A DNA stretch of 47,362 nt, the filler included, from Dirinaria sp. TL-2023a (taxonomy: Eukaryota): the NCBI GenBank assembly GCA_051941275.1. It is 2 parts of 2 records of this genome, joined end to end, with 100 filler letters (N's around TTAATTAATTAA, not from the genome) between each part and the next. Parts side by side here need not be neighbours in the genome. Positions count along the whole stretch, not along the records: positions 1 to 23,642 come from JAVEBF010000201.1; 1 more part is not named here. One strand, given 5' to 3'. Shown piece after piece: positions 1 through 11,343 of this stretch; position 1 is the stretch's first letter, and every line of letters starts with the position of its first letter. A program made the position numbers and the translations under genes. A model generated the notes under the pieces. That model worked only from the letters and a program-made list of their open reading frames with translations. It searched no databases and was not told the origin of the DNA.

Positions 1-1040
1 CCCCCGCCCCTTCCCTCCACCTCCGAAAATGGGTTCCGGAGCAAATGTGTCTCGGAGCCGTTGCTAACGAGGAGGAGGTGGAGAAATGGAGGCGCGGAGT
101 GCGGGAGATATGGACGGAGCGGTTGGTGCCGTATAGGCAGGATGCGAGGGGGGAGCAGGGGGTGGAGGATAATGATGAGGATGATGTTTATGATGATGGA
201 GGTGGGACTGGGAACAGAGTTGGGGAGGTGGCAGAGAAGAACGACTGGTCGGTGTTGACATCGTATATCACGTCTGCTTTACTCTCGCGCCTGACGAACA
301 ATCCCGATTGGAGGATCAATACCGGTTCGTGCGCTGAGCAGGACGCGGATCATATTCCTGGCATCAGCAGCGGCAGCGCTGAGGAGACAGGGTTCGGAGA
401 GCCGGAACTACGGTTCTTGGGGATCGATCTGAAGCGCACTTGGAGGGAAGGGGCGGTGGGAAGGGAGAGGACCGAAGCGGCGGTGGATCGGAGCTGGGCG
501 CTTGAGGATGTGGAGGAGCGGTGGAAAACAGAGAGGGTAGGAGGAGGGGGGGATGTGGTTCTGGGCCAGATGCAGGTGTGTTTTTTGATGGTTGTCACTC
601 TGGCGAACTATTCGTGTCTGGAGGAGTGGAAGCGGATTCTGGGCTTGGTGCTTACGTGCAAGAGAGCGGTGAGGGCCAGGGAAGCTTGGTTTGTAAGGTT
701 TTTGGCCCTGCTGAGGAGGCAGTTGGCCAGAGGAGCGGATGTAGAGGGTGGGTTGTTCGATATGGCGGATGAGGGTGGAGCTTATTTGAAGGGACTGCTC
801 AAAGGGTTTAAGAGGACTTTGGGGCAGGTTTTTGGGGACGGGGAAGGCGAGGATGTGAGAGAGGAGTTGGCGGAATTGGAGCAGTGGCTGAAGAGAGAGT
901 ACGGGTGGGAATTGGGGGACAGTTTCGTTAGAAAGGGGATGTTGGAATTGGAGGATGGGGAGCAGGTGGAGATGGAGATGGAAGAGATGGAGGCGGAGGA
1001 CGAAAGAGGGGAGTATGCGCCTGTCATCGTCGAGCTGTGA
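1..1040 (+). CDS. AAR2: AAR2-family U5 snRNP assembly factor, 5'-truncated by the window edge
   Basis: Frame is open from position 3 to TGA at 1038-1040. Recognised motifs are ELRFLGIDLKRTWREGAVGRERT, LGQMQVCFLMVVTLANYSCLEEWKRIL and the C-terminal DERGEYAPVIVEL. Confidence 0.9.
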   Translation, partial: PAPSLHLRKWVPEQMCLGAVANEEEVEKWRRGVREIWTERLVPYRQDARGEQGVEDNDEDDVYDDGGGTGNRVGEVAEKNDWSVLTSYITSALLSRLTNNPDWRINTGSCAEQDADHIPGISSGSAEETGFGEPELRFLGIDLKRTWREGAVGRERTEAAVDRSWALEDVEERWKTERVGGGGDVVLGQMQVCFLMVVTLANYSCLEEWKRILGLVLTCKRAVRAREAWFVRFLALLRRQLARGADVEGGLFDMADEGGAYLKGLLKGFKRTLGQVFGDGEGEDVREELAELEQWLKREYGWELGDSFVRKGMLELEDGEQVEMEMEEMEAEDERGEYAPVIVEL

Positions 1041-1259
1041 GCGGTAATTTTGGTGTGTCTCTAAGTTTAGCGTAGGTGTTGGGGCATCCGAATGCATTGT
1101 GGTCGCTTCAGTCATAATGTAGTACTCCATCATCGAATTCCATTCGGGCAAAGAAGGCGGCTACAATTTGGACAAAATGCTTTGTTTCAGATGTACCTGC
1201 TTGCGGCGTCTGCCACAGCTACCAGGAGCACCACACAACCCACCTCCACCATAACACAC

Positions 1260-1867
1260 TCAACGATAACTCTTCTGGTATCTCGCTCTCGCTCCAGGCC
1301 CTCCAAACTTCTTCGGCTCGCACCGCCTGTTATCCGCCACCAGCAATGTCCGATCGTACTGCACCAAAGCCTGCTTCAGCTGATTCTTCGCATGCTCGTC
1401 GACGTATTTCTGGTAGTATGCCACTATCGACTTGGCGATTGCTTGACGGATGGCATAGATTTGAGATGTGTGACCGCCGCCCGAAACGCGTACCCGAATG
1501 TCGACGTTGGCGAATTTGTCGACGCCGACGATGAGGAGGGGCTCGTAGACCTGCGACGGACCGATTAGCTTGATGGGTTTTGGGGGGGGTTGTCGGTGAG
1601 GCGAAGGTTTACTTTGAAGCGGAGGATTTGGGGCTCGACGAGAGAGAGTGGTCTTCCGTTGACTTTGATGAGGCCTTTGCCGGCCTAGACACATAGTAGT
1701 CAATATTCAAGGCTCCTTTCCCATACAATGTGCTTGCTTCAATTGCATACTTTACAGTGTGCGACGGCGGTTGCTGGACGCGGTCAGCTTCGGTGTCAAG
1801 ATTTTAGCGAGTTTAACATACCAGTCTTCTTCTTGCCGAAGCACTGTACCATCTGCGGGGCTGACAT
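1260..1867 (-). CDS. RPS16: 40S ribosomal protein S16 (uS9), 4 exons
   Basis: Exons 1867-1822, 1773-1751, 1684-1613 and 1550-1260 with GT-AG introns splice to 143 aa: [33 protein letters not shown]...[22 protein letters not shown]. Confidence 0.98.
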
Positions 1868-1955
1868 GATGGCAGTTGCTGTTGCTGTTCTACTTTGCAA
1901 AGAAACAATTTGTTGGACTGGTCGTTGATGGGGAATTCGTGTGTGGCTGCGTCTG

Positions 1956-1978
1956 GCGCTAGAGCCCTCGCTTAGCGC
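1956..1978. promoter_or_regulatory. Bipartite GCGCTAG-N5-TCGCTTAGCGC element upstream of RPS16
   Basis: Same arms and spacing as 35199-35221 upstream of UTP20. It lies about 90 bp upstream of the RPS16 ATG. Confidence 0.55.
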
Positions 1979-2307
1979 CCCATACAAACCCTGTCATTCG
2001 GCCTCCCATGCGACCCCTCGTAGGAAGTTCCGTTGGTGCAGAGTGGCACCCCTTATGCACTTTATCATGGTCAAGTGGGTTCTATAATTGACCTGAGGAT
2101 TACAGACGTTGATCGAATGCTCGGTGATCAAATACTAGGTATTTATTCACGTTCTTCTTGCTTTGAAATGATAAATCATGGTACCACTTCGCTGAGAAGG
2201 GTGACGATCAAGCATAAAAATTTAATTAGTCAATGTATTCCCCCAATTTCCTGTGGATAATCGCTGTTGAGTAGTAGCCAGGCGTAGGATTCTCATGTCG
2301 TAATGCT

Positions 2308-3825
2308 CTAGTAGAAACAAAAGTAGCAATCGAACCGTATTCGATCAACAAGAATACCCTCCCTCCACTCATCCAAATAATGCGCTCTACGAGTATCTAT
2401 GGTCAATTCCATTCCATCCCCGGGTGCAGAAATGTTCCATATGAGTTTTGAATCACCGTCTTCGCTCCAGTAGCCTCGGCCTCCGGCGTCGTAGATATCT
2501 GACCTTTTGCTATAAGACTCCTCCACTTTCTTGCGATTGCCATCAGAAACACTCAAACTTTTCGCCACTACATTCGAGACCGGTTCAAAGGGGATTTCCA
2601 AGCTGTACCGCTTCTGTAACCGGTCATAGTCGATCATCACATATCCTTGACGTCGCAGCGGAAGTTTGTCGCTTATGGCATATGTTTGGGCGGCCGACTC
2701 GCTCTGGTAGGCCCAAAACCAAGCGGTGAACGGCCCAGGATCCGGATCACTAATAAATGGTGGCTCGATGTGTTGATGAACCGTACCTTCAGTGAGATCA
2801 TGGAGCTTGATATCAAAGTTTCCATAGTCAAAGTTCTCATAGATCGAGGTAAACAAACCAGGGTCGTGTTCTCCCGTCTCAGGAGCGAGCAGTTGATAAC
2901 GCTTGTCGTACGTATCAGCCATTGCCAGCCTACGTAACCAGGCAAGACCAAGAGATAAGCAATGTTCCTTGAAAGCGTTCACGAAGGGGGGCCCTAGGTC
3001 CTCATTGTAACCGATCTTATGTTTCCCCCATAGCACATCATGCTCTGCAACATCCTGAAATGCTGCAAACATCAACAAATGAGCTTCGTGTGATAGCAGT
3101 CATACTAACCTATAGACAACCGGCTCATCAAGTACTCGTAGATTGTGACCATTTGCTCGTTTTCCTAGGGCGAGAATTTTTCGAGAAATAATGCCTTGCG
3201 TCCTTCTGGCTCAGGTCGAGCGTCACCCATTGGGAACAAACTTCGGTAAAGCTCAAAGCGGAAGAGAGCCCTACAGATACGGATCATCTCGCTCTGCGTC
3301 AGTGGCTCGTGATCGTCCTGAATAAATCTTTCTGGCTGATGCATAATATATGCCCCAAATTCAGATGCAAACCATGTTACGTCGCTATGAATATTCGCCA
3401 AAGCTAGAGATTGTACGAGATTCCAGTCATCGGGCACTTCTGGCCTGTTATTCATGGTCAAGAGAAGCTCATCCCGAGCCGGCTCGAAGGCTTCGAGAGC
3501 GGTCGGGTAATCTTTAAGACCGAACTGATCGGTTGAGCGACACCGTAGGCCTTGCCAAGAAGCTACGACATCTGCCCCCGGCAGACGCGACGCTCTATAG
3601 GTAGCGAGGGCTTCGGACAATAGAGCTGGGCCAAATTCGTTGAAGAGAACCGCCTGCAGTATGGGTTTCTCTTCCGCCAAAAAGGCATAGTAGAAGCAGG
3701 AAGCCGAGAGTAAAAAGGTTTCTGAGAGTCGGTGCATCTGGTGCCTGGCGAAGAATAATGGATGCGAGCTCTGGTGGCAAGAAACGATAACTCTTAGTCT
3801 GATGTTGGAGCTCTGCAGTAAGCAT
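2308..3825 (-). pseudogene. Interrupted fungal hypothetical gene with an F-box-like N-terminus, one frameshift and one in-frame TAG
   Basis: ATG at 3825 gives MLTAEL...LPPELASIILRQAPDAPTLRNL. An extra base in the A5 run at 3712-3716 shifts to LLSASCFYYAF...RICRALFRFELY...FLEKFSP*ENEQMVTIYEYLMSRLSI (TAG at 3167-3165). Intron 3109-3063 (GTTAGT..CAG) then joins in frame to AFQDVAEHDVLWG...LRRQGYVMIDYDRL, with the stop at 2308. Confidence 0.7.
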
Positions 3826-5133
3826 GATTTTGCACTGATGCGAATGTTCTATGTAGAGTATCTGAGCCGCAGCTTTGGTACAGTCACTCCAAAAGCGTGA
3901 GATTTCAAGGTGGAAGGTAGGGGAGTGTACTCTACATAACACTGCAAACACTACTGTATATATTAGCACATAAATGTGTCTTCCCTTCGTTTTACACCTG
4001 ACCTCGCTAGCCTCACTAGCGTCGCTTCATCAAGCGCCGGCGCTAAGTAAGGTACCTTAAGGTAGCTACCTTAAGGCAAACCAAGGTAAGGTAAGATAAG
4101 GTACTGCGTCTAATGGAAGATGTTTGTATGTATGTCACGCGAACTCATCTATTGACGCCTGCATACATTGAAAGCGCTCTGAAAAAAGGATGCTCGTGCT
4201 TCCTCTGACCGCTCACGAGGCCTTGGCGACTACATATGCTTCGGCACAGCACTTTGTCACAATCATATATTTGGAGCTATCGATGCTGTGACTTGGAACA
4301 AAAGCGCTCCTTCAAATCAAACCTCTACTAGCGCTTACAGCCTGCCTCATTTCGAGAGGCTCGTGGCCAATCCTACAAATTTCTACGCAAGCTTCAAACT
4401 CATTCGTTCGCTATAGGCGAACGCTCCATTAGTCCGCCACCTTAGCTGGACGCGCATACGATCTACTCTCAACAAATCGATCAATTCTGCAGCAGGCGCT
4501 AAAGTCTGCTTAAGACACACTTACTCCAGCTTCTCCTTCGCATCGTCTCTTGTCCATACGTAAATTGCATCAATTGTGATTGCAAAGGCCCTTGCTTCTC
4601 GATCTGGAAGCGCCGTAACTTGGTCTGTTCCGTCGTCTGTTTCATTCAACTTCGCTATTCCTCTGTGCCTGCGTCAAGAGTTTTACTTAGCGAGAGCCCA
4701 AGGCCGCGCATGCTTTAGCTTTTTCACCATTTACTGTTATTTTTTTTTTGGCTTGAGGCCCTGCAATTCAGCAGTCCATAGCCTATGATGTGACAATACC
4801 AGTACTTCTCCAGCATGCCCACAGCTGTAACCTCTTTTGCCGCTCACCCTCAGTTTAGTATCTGCCGACTGTGTTCTACATTTAGCGTGTTTATGCTATG
4901 TCGAAGCCGCTGTGCCTAATACAAATACCAGACAAATGTCATCTCATCATATGATGTGCACTACTGATCTCGTGAAATCCTATACCAGCTTCAACCAATA
5001 TCTTCGATCTTATATATAAGTACTTTCTGTCCCAGTCTTGTACGTACCGGTTCTTCTTTGTTACCTAGTTCGCTATATTTTTTGCCTCGTCTCAACAGTC
5101 AGCCTGGTCCTTGATTGTTAGAACATTTACATC

Positions 5134-6364
5134 ATGGCATCTTCTAAGGTCACATTCAGTCGTGACCGTATGTATGATTCGCGGGAGCGTCTTGTTGCAA
5201 CAAAAAATTCAAAGGGGCAATATGTCGACAAAAGGGGCAATGTTCGTGCATCTGAACCTAATCATATATCTGGACGGGAGCCATATGCATTCGATGATTA
5301 TGGACGCGAGGCAGGCCAACTCTCCTCCTCAGCACCGGGCAGAAGACCCCCAGGCCATGTCAAAGAGCATACGACTAGCGGGTCGACACAGTACCCTGAT
5401 GGGTTAGTGCCTCTTCCACCCCCAATCAGATCGTACTAACGTTGGCCTACTCCAGTCTCCCATACAACAAATCTAGCCTTAGACCTCAGAGTGCAACTGG
5501 TGACGCTGCCACTCGAGCTTTTCCTAAGGGCGATGGGTACCAGCAATTCCAGCAACCTTATCGGGCGAAAAGTCCTATTGAGGCGGAATACAAAGCATAC
5601 TATAAAGCACAGGCCGAAAGAAGTGCGTGCAAAGAAAGGTAAGTGCAAATTTGCCCGTGGCAAGTTATCAGTTCGGAAGTCAATCTTTTATTGGGCAATC
5701 ACCTCGCAGCTGTGACTAATGAGTCCCTATTAGTTACTTGGGAGAAGCAAAAAAAGTTTACGAAGCATCGGACGCCGCAGCCCGAGTTGGAACTGTAGTT
5801 GCAGGACGTCGACACGACCGGAACGGTCATCGTACCCTGATCCCATTTGCGGAAGCAGAAGATCAGGCAGCACTCGCGTAAGCACATTCCCACAATGGTA
5901 TCCATCATCTGACCAAGAGGGTCCACAGTGCGACCACAAAGCGGTTGCAGCATACGACGGATAACTACGGTCGCCTGCCCCGGCACGGGCATCCTGGCCA
6001 TATCAACCAAGCGGGCGCCTGGGCCACGTGCTGCGGAAAAGGGACAACCTCTTGGCGCGCTCGTTATCACAAACACTTTTCCCAAGAGTCGGCGACGCTC
6101 CAAGAGGATTGGTAGAGGAAGAAGGACGACTACGAGCTCAGTGCGAGCGAGTTGGCCAAAATCGAAAAGGAGCGCAAGGACAATGCATCTCGTGACCGAG
6201 AACATTACAATGCCGGCAAGGGCATGAATCATGGTCCTGTCGCTGCGAATGGACGATACGAATGGGTCGCCATCGGCGGCGGGCGGCGAGGCTATTGGAG
6301 CGACTATCATCATAGTTATATGCCGAAGACGGAAAGCCTGACTGATCAACTGCGCAGACTGTGA
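5134..6364 (+). CDS. Unrecognised hydrophilic protein, 4 exons, in-frame TAG at 6113-6115
   Basis: Exons 5134-5402, 5456-5638, 5734-5877 and 5929-. The introns have GTTAGT/GTAAGT/GTAAGC donors, TACTAAC/GACTAAT/TCTGAC branch points and YAG acceptors, and all keep frame. The frame hits TAG at 6113 and then stays open to TGA at 6362-6364. Confidence 0.6.
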
Positions 6365-6377
6365 GCACAGACTCTTA

Positions 6378-6566
6378 TCGTACTATATAATCTCATAGAT
6401 TCTATCTGGCGGTGTGGATGGAAGATATGGAGTCTGGCTACGCTTTATTTCCCGATCAGGGGAGAATTTATACACACTCTCGTCAACTTTGAACACAAAT
6501 TCGTACTACATTATAGTCTTATAGATTCTACTTGGCGGCGCACTGAGGATACGGAGTCTGACTACG
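6378..6566 (+). repeat. Diverged direct repeat of about 65 bp, 2 copies (about 6378-6442 and 6501-6566)
   Basis: tcgtacta..tataatctcatagattctatctggcggtg..gaagatatggagtctggctacg versus tcgtacta..tatagtcttatagattctacttggcggcg..gaggatacggagtctgactacg. Confidence 0.75.
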
Positions 6567-7562
6567 ACACACGATATATAATACATAACAGCAAAGTTCA
6601 AAAATAATACCACTCTTCCCACAAATAAAGCAAAAAATCGAAACCTATTCTCTGAACATGGTTATACCTTGCGCACACAACCTTAGAAACCTAAGATGCA
6701 TTAACAACCCGTCTTTTCACGAATCCACGCAGCCTTCGAAGCAAAACATTAAAAAAAGGCCATGCTCTTCTTTTTTTCCTTTTATATGATGACTACCCTA
6801 TAATTATCCTATAAGAAGAAGCTCTCGAAAGCAGAGATTGATTCACCAGATTAACATGTATTAAGCTTTTTCTACCGCGCAAGGTATGTACAGGCGACGT
6901 CTTATATCCCCTCTACTAGGCGCCATTCAAAAAAGATGATTGGTCTCGATACTCTTGGCTTCGCCCCTGCCAGTCCCCCCTTTTTGTCTTCCTTTCTTTT
7001 TTCCTCTCTCTTTTTTCTTGAAAAAAGTTTGACGGCGGAATAATTGGACATTTTTCGTGGTCGAAGATCCAGATGTGTAGAGTAGGCTAGGTAAGTGGTC
7101 AAGTGAGCAATAACGTTCCTCTTGGTGACTAGGAAAGATTCAGATTTGGTGGGTTGGGGGGTTTGACGGGACAAGTCATTCGCATGCTTTCTATAGATAC
7201 AGGGCCCGTTTTCTGATTTATAGAGTGGCTGGCAAAAGGGAGCTCAGGCATGACTTCCTAGGTTTCGGGATTGGATGACGATGTCAGGGTTTTTCTTTAT
7301 GGAGCATCGAATTCTTTTTTGGCTGCTCTTGTTTCCGGATGGTTCTGGCTTAATGAATCTCCAGAGCCAAGCTCGAAGGTAGAATCTGCGTGTGCAAAAT
7401 AGGTTGAAAATCCTACAGACTCGATCTTGGTTCTAAGGTGCAACGCTGAGAAGGTACATTTGCTGCCTATATGCCAAGAAATTCTCATCATCTTTGATGG
7501 ATGATAGATGATAGATCTGGTATTATGTGTCAGCTCACAGCGCCGATAAGTTTCCTACAATT

Positions 7563-9260
7563 CTAATCGAATCCGAATATTGTGTCTATCTGTTTGGGTA
7601 TTAGCCCGTGCTAGGTGCGCAACAATGATGGATGTCTCACGTCTCTTATCTTCTGCGTTGGAGGAACGCGTTGCTCTGATCCAGTCTCTGGTTTTGAGGG
7701 AATGTGCTGATCCTGACGCAGGTTGTGGAAGCTTTGGGAGAAATGGTCCTGATGTTAATTAGTGAAGCCCCATCAAGGCCTTTTGACACATTAGATATCT
7801 TACCATATCTGAATTTGCGTTCCAGCCCAAAGTGTCTTCTTCTCCCTCATAATCTCGCTCCCCCCATTTTCGCTCGTCCTCGTCCGCGTCAGCAGGGAGA
7901 AACAAGGTGCTAGGGTCTAAGCTTGCTCTGGGCGGTGGAGGCGATGGCTTCTGAAGGCGTTGACTGGAAGCTTCTCGACTAAAAATTCGCGATGCTGGCT
8001 CTGCGGGTGGCGGCATTTCAGTGGGCACTTGCTTATGTTGAGGTTCGATCTGAATTGAAGGTTGCCGTGAAGTTTGACGCGACGTGGTTTGAGACAGTTG
8101 GCGTGATATTGGTTGCTCGGACGCTGCCACTGAAGCCGTTCGGACGTTTGCCGGTGCGGCAGACTGACCTCGGTGTTCACCAATGGTCATGAGCGTGAAG
8201 TCACATTGCATGCCATGCCACTGGTAAGTCAGCTGCATTGGCCTGGTAGGATATGAGTAGTATGCCTGAATGCTGGTCTTGAGTGTTTCAGCATGAGTGA
8301 CGACGGCTCTGAAGTCCTTAACGCTGATTCCAATCCGAGTTTTCTCTTGAACAGCAAATTCCTCAAAGTCTAGCTGGTCAATGGCAATAGAGGTATGCAA
8401 AGGATGTTTCAGAATCTCTTCAAGCCGTCAATGCTAGGTTTATTTTCGGGGCATCCTCAAAGCGAACCTCGATCATTCATTATCTTCACTGTATAGCTTG
8501 TAAAGGCTACGCGGCCGTTTTCCGGACAGATTTCAAGTTGCTCAGTGCCAGCTCCGAAATATTCGATAAATGTCCGCAGCACGTCCGCTCCAATCCTCCA
8601 TCTGTTTTTGGCCGCATTTCGGTCGAACAGCGCTTGCATTACCTCAACAGACTCATAAGTGAGTTTGTAAGTCTTGATGACACCTTGCAAGGAGAAACCT
8701 TTTAGCGGCGGCTGCCAGAAGAGCAGGGTGGGCACCCTTACCATGGCGGCACATCATTTTCACGACAAGGCGACATTCTGTCTTATCGAGCTGGTCCTGA
8801 ACGAAGACTTCACATCTTTCCACAGCCGTATCGGCATCGCGCTTGTCTTGGAGGCGACTCCTAAACACAGAAAGGAGCGCCTGGAATATGTACGAATCAG
8901 CCTTGGGCTATTATAGCACTGCTGAGCATACTTTATTGTACATTTGACAAGTGAAGCGTGCCTCGCCACCGTCTCTCCCCTGCTGATTTCTACCTTGGCT
9001 GCCATTGTAGCTATATTTCTCGAAAAACAGATTGCTGTCAAAGCGAAACGAAGCATGTGCAGACCTCGAGGAATTCAAAGCTGTCAATGTCAACTACCAT
9101 ACTTACTTCAGCCAATCGAACGATCTCTGAGCAGTTCGAGACTCACACTTCCACGACGAGCCTCTAATGACACGAGTTCCCCAAACTTGGCCAAGCAGAG
9201 TAAACCATCATAGAATCGTGTAACACCATCGCTCGAGAGAACGAAATCTAATATATGCAT
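7563..9260 (-). CDS. RAD9: DNA damage checkpoint 9-1-1 clamp subunit Rad9 (S. pombe/human-type), 7 exons
   Basis: Spliced product reads MHILDFVLSSDGVTRFYDGLLCLAKFGELVSLEA / LTLTALNSSRSAHASF / FTCQMYNKALLSVF / CRHGVIKTYKLTYE / HPLHTSIAID..ISVKDFRAVVTHAE..CDFTLMT, ending in VPPTQKIRD-IDTIFGFD*. Confidence 0.92.
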
Positions 9261-9647
9261 TGTATTACGAACGCGGTCTCGACGCCACTATATTTCGTAA
9301 GGTAGGTAGGTAAGGTACTTTGGGTACCCCATCATCCTTAAGTAAGTACATGGTATAAGTGAAGACCACGTGACTTATTTGCCCCGACTGAACCCTAATA
9401 CGAGGTATCTTAGTAAGGTACTTAGAAAGGGTGAACCTTGTGAACCGCTATCTCCTCATAGCACGACTACTTCGCTGTTCACTCCTGCTACCTTCAATCA
9501 TCCGCCCTAATTTGTAATATGGTGATAAGGCGTTCAGACAATATTCCAATGGCTCGGTTGGCCTTTCTAGAAATCCGGTTGAACAGTCTTGTATGAGATC
9601 CACTGCAGTCCGCCGTTGAAATGGTCTGCGTTATTGACAGACTGAAT

Positions 9648-10671
9648 ATGGCAACTCCTACATCTCTCCCTGCACGTATTCGTGGCTCTATCTTCGGAGT
9701 CGCGGTCACAGACGCTCTTGGTGGTCCTGTGGAGTTCTCCAAGCGAGGGAGCTTCCCTCCTGTGACTGACTTCAAGTACAATTCCAATTTTGATCTTGCT
9801 CCAGGTACTTGGACTGACGATACCTCGTTAACACTATGCCTGGCCCAGTCCTTGGTTGACACCGGTGGTGTATTCAACGCGGAAGATCAGATCAAGAAGT
9901 ACATTAGGTGGTACGATCAGGGATATATGAGCGCGAATGGGGAGTGTTTTGACATTGGCAATGCTACTCGTATTGCGTTAGAAACGTGGAAAGAGCATTT
10001 GGAGAACCCCGGTGGGCTAATGCGCGGTCAAGCAGCAATTGACGCGTCACTGAAACATAAGGTAACATAAGTCAATATATTCTTCGAGTCTGGTTCGCTG
10101 ACCATGCCAGGTTCAATGCGGGAATGGTTCCCTCATGCGTGTGTCCCCAATCGCTCTCGTTTATCATCAAGATACCGCGGTCGCGGTGGAGAATGCGGTG
10201 CTCGCTTCTCAACTTACGCACCCCTATGTCACGAATTCTGAAGCCTGCAAAGTCTATACACAGCTCCTCGTACTCACTCTTTCGGGCGCAAGCAAAGAAG
10301 TTCTCGCCTCCACATTGGGCAGCTATGGTTTTGAGGATTTGGATTTGAGACACTGTTTCGCAAAATATGAAGACCTTACAAGCTTTACGCAAGTTCCCGA
10401 AACCGAAATCCACTCCTCAGGCTACGTGGTGCATAGCCTTGAAGCCTCTCTATGGGCATTCTTTACAACTAACACCTTTCGAGAAGGGGCGCTTAAAGTT
10501 GTAAATCTGGGAGACGACGCGGATACGGTGGGCGCGATCTACGGTGGCCTCGCAGGTGCCTTCTATGGGGCCGAAAGTATTCCGAGTGAGTGGCTAAAGG
10601 GGCTTAAAAAAAAGGACGTCGTTGAGGAGGTTATCAAAGGCGTAATAAACCTCGTCACCAAAGAAGCTTGA
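9648..10671 (+). CDS. ADP-ribosylglycohydrolase (ARH/DraG family)
   Basis: Motifs GVAVTDALG, GTWTDDT, CFDIG, CGNGSLMR and NLGDDADTVGAIYGGLAGA. Intron at 10062-10110. Alternative ATG at 9621. Confidence 0.93.
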
Positions 10672-11343
10672 ATGCTACAGCAGTGCAGCTAATGGCTTTT
10701 GGTATCTCATTTATCTTGAGGTAGGTGTAAATATGCTCAAGGTACGTACATACATAAGGTAGTAAGTACTTTCTTTAGTATACCTTCCGTTACTTTAGAA
10801 AGACCGAAACTAGCCTGCCCAGAGAAAAGGGCCACTTCCACTTCGGCCGCACCTGGATCCAGCATGATGGAACTGTACACCGGTCAGGACTGTATGAACC
10901 GCCGCAGATGAGTCCTTTGCTCTTGCAAACTCGCCACAGCCCAGCTGTTATCAGGTTTGTTAGCTTATTCGCCACTAATAAATTGATGACGACTGTACCA
11001 TCAGCGAGCCGCCTTCGAGCTCCTTACTGGAATAATGCAGCATCAATTGCCTTTGTGCTTAGCCGCCGCCATCCCCATGAGCATGGACACCCAGCACGGT
11101 CGGTAGGTTCAGCGCACGGCTTGTCCTAGGCGCAGGTGCATGCGCAAAGCCTTTGCCACATCAAAAGCAATTTTTATCTCAGGAGCGGCTACGAATGAAG
11201 TGTTAGGTATAAGTTTTTGAAGTCTATCGCGCAGCATGAGTTGGCAAAGCTTTGTAAATGTTCGTCAATTTAGGTTTTGCCATTTGGGTATATCCTGTCC
11301 GTGGAAAATAAGTCAGATTCTCCTCTCAAGACCTTACTTCGAA

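Noticed and set aside
408..1568. Long ORFs antisense to AAR2 and RPS16 (and similar ones opposite KAR2, CwfJ and CUL3)
   Set aside because: These are shadows of codon-biased real genes and carry no independent motifs.
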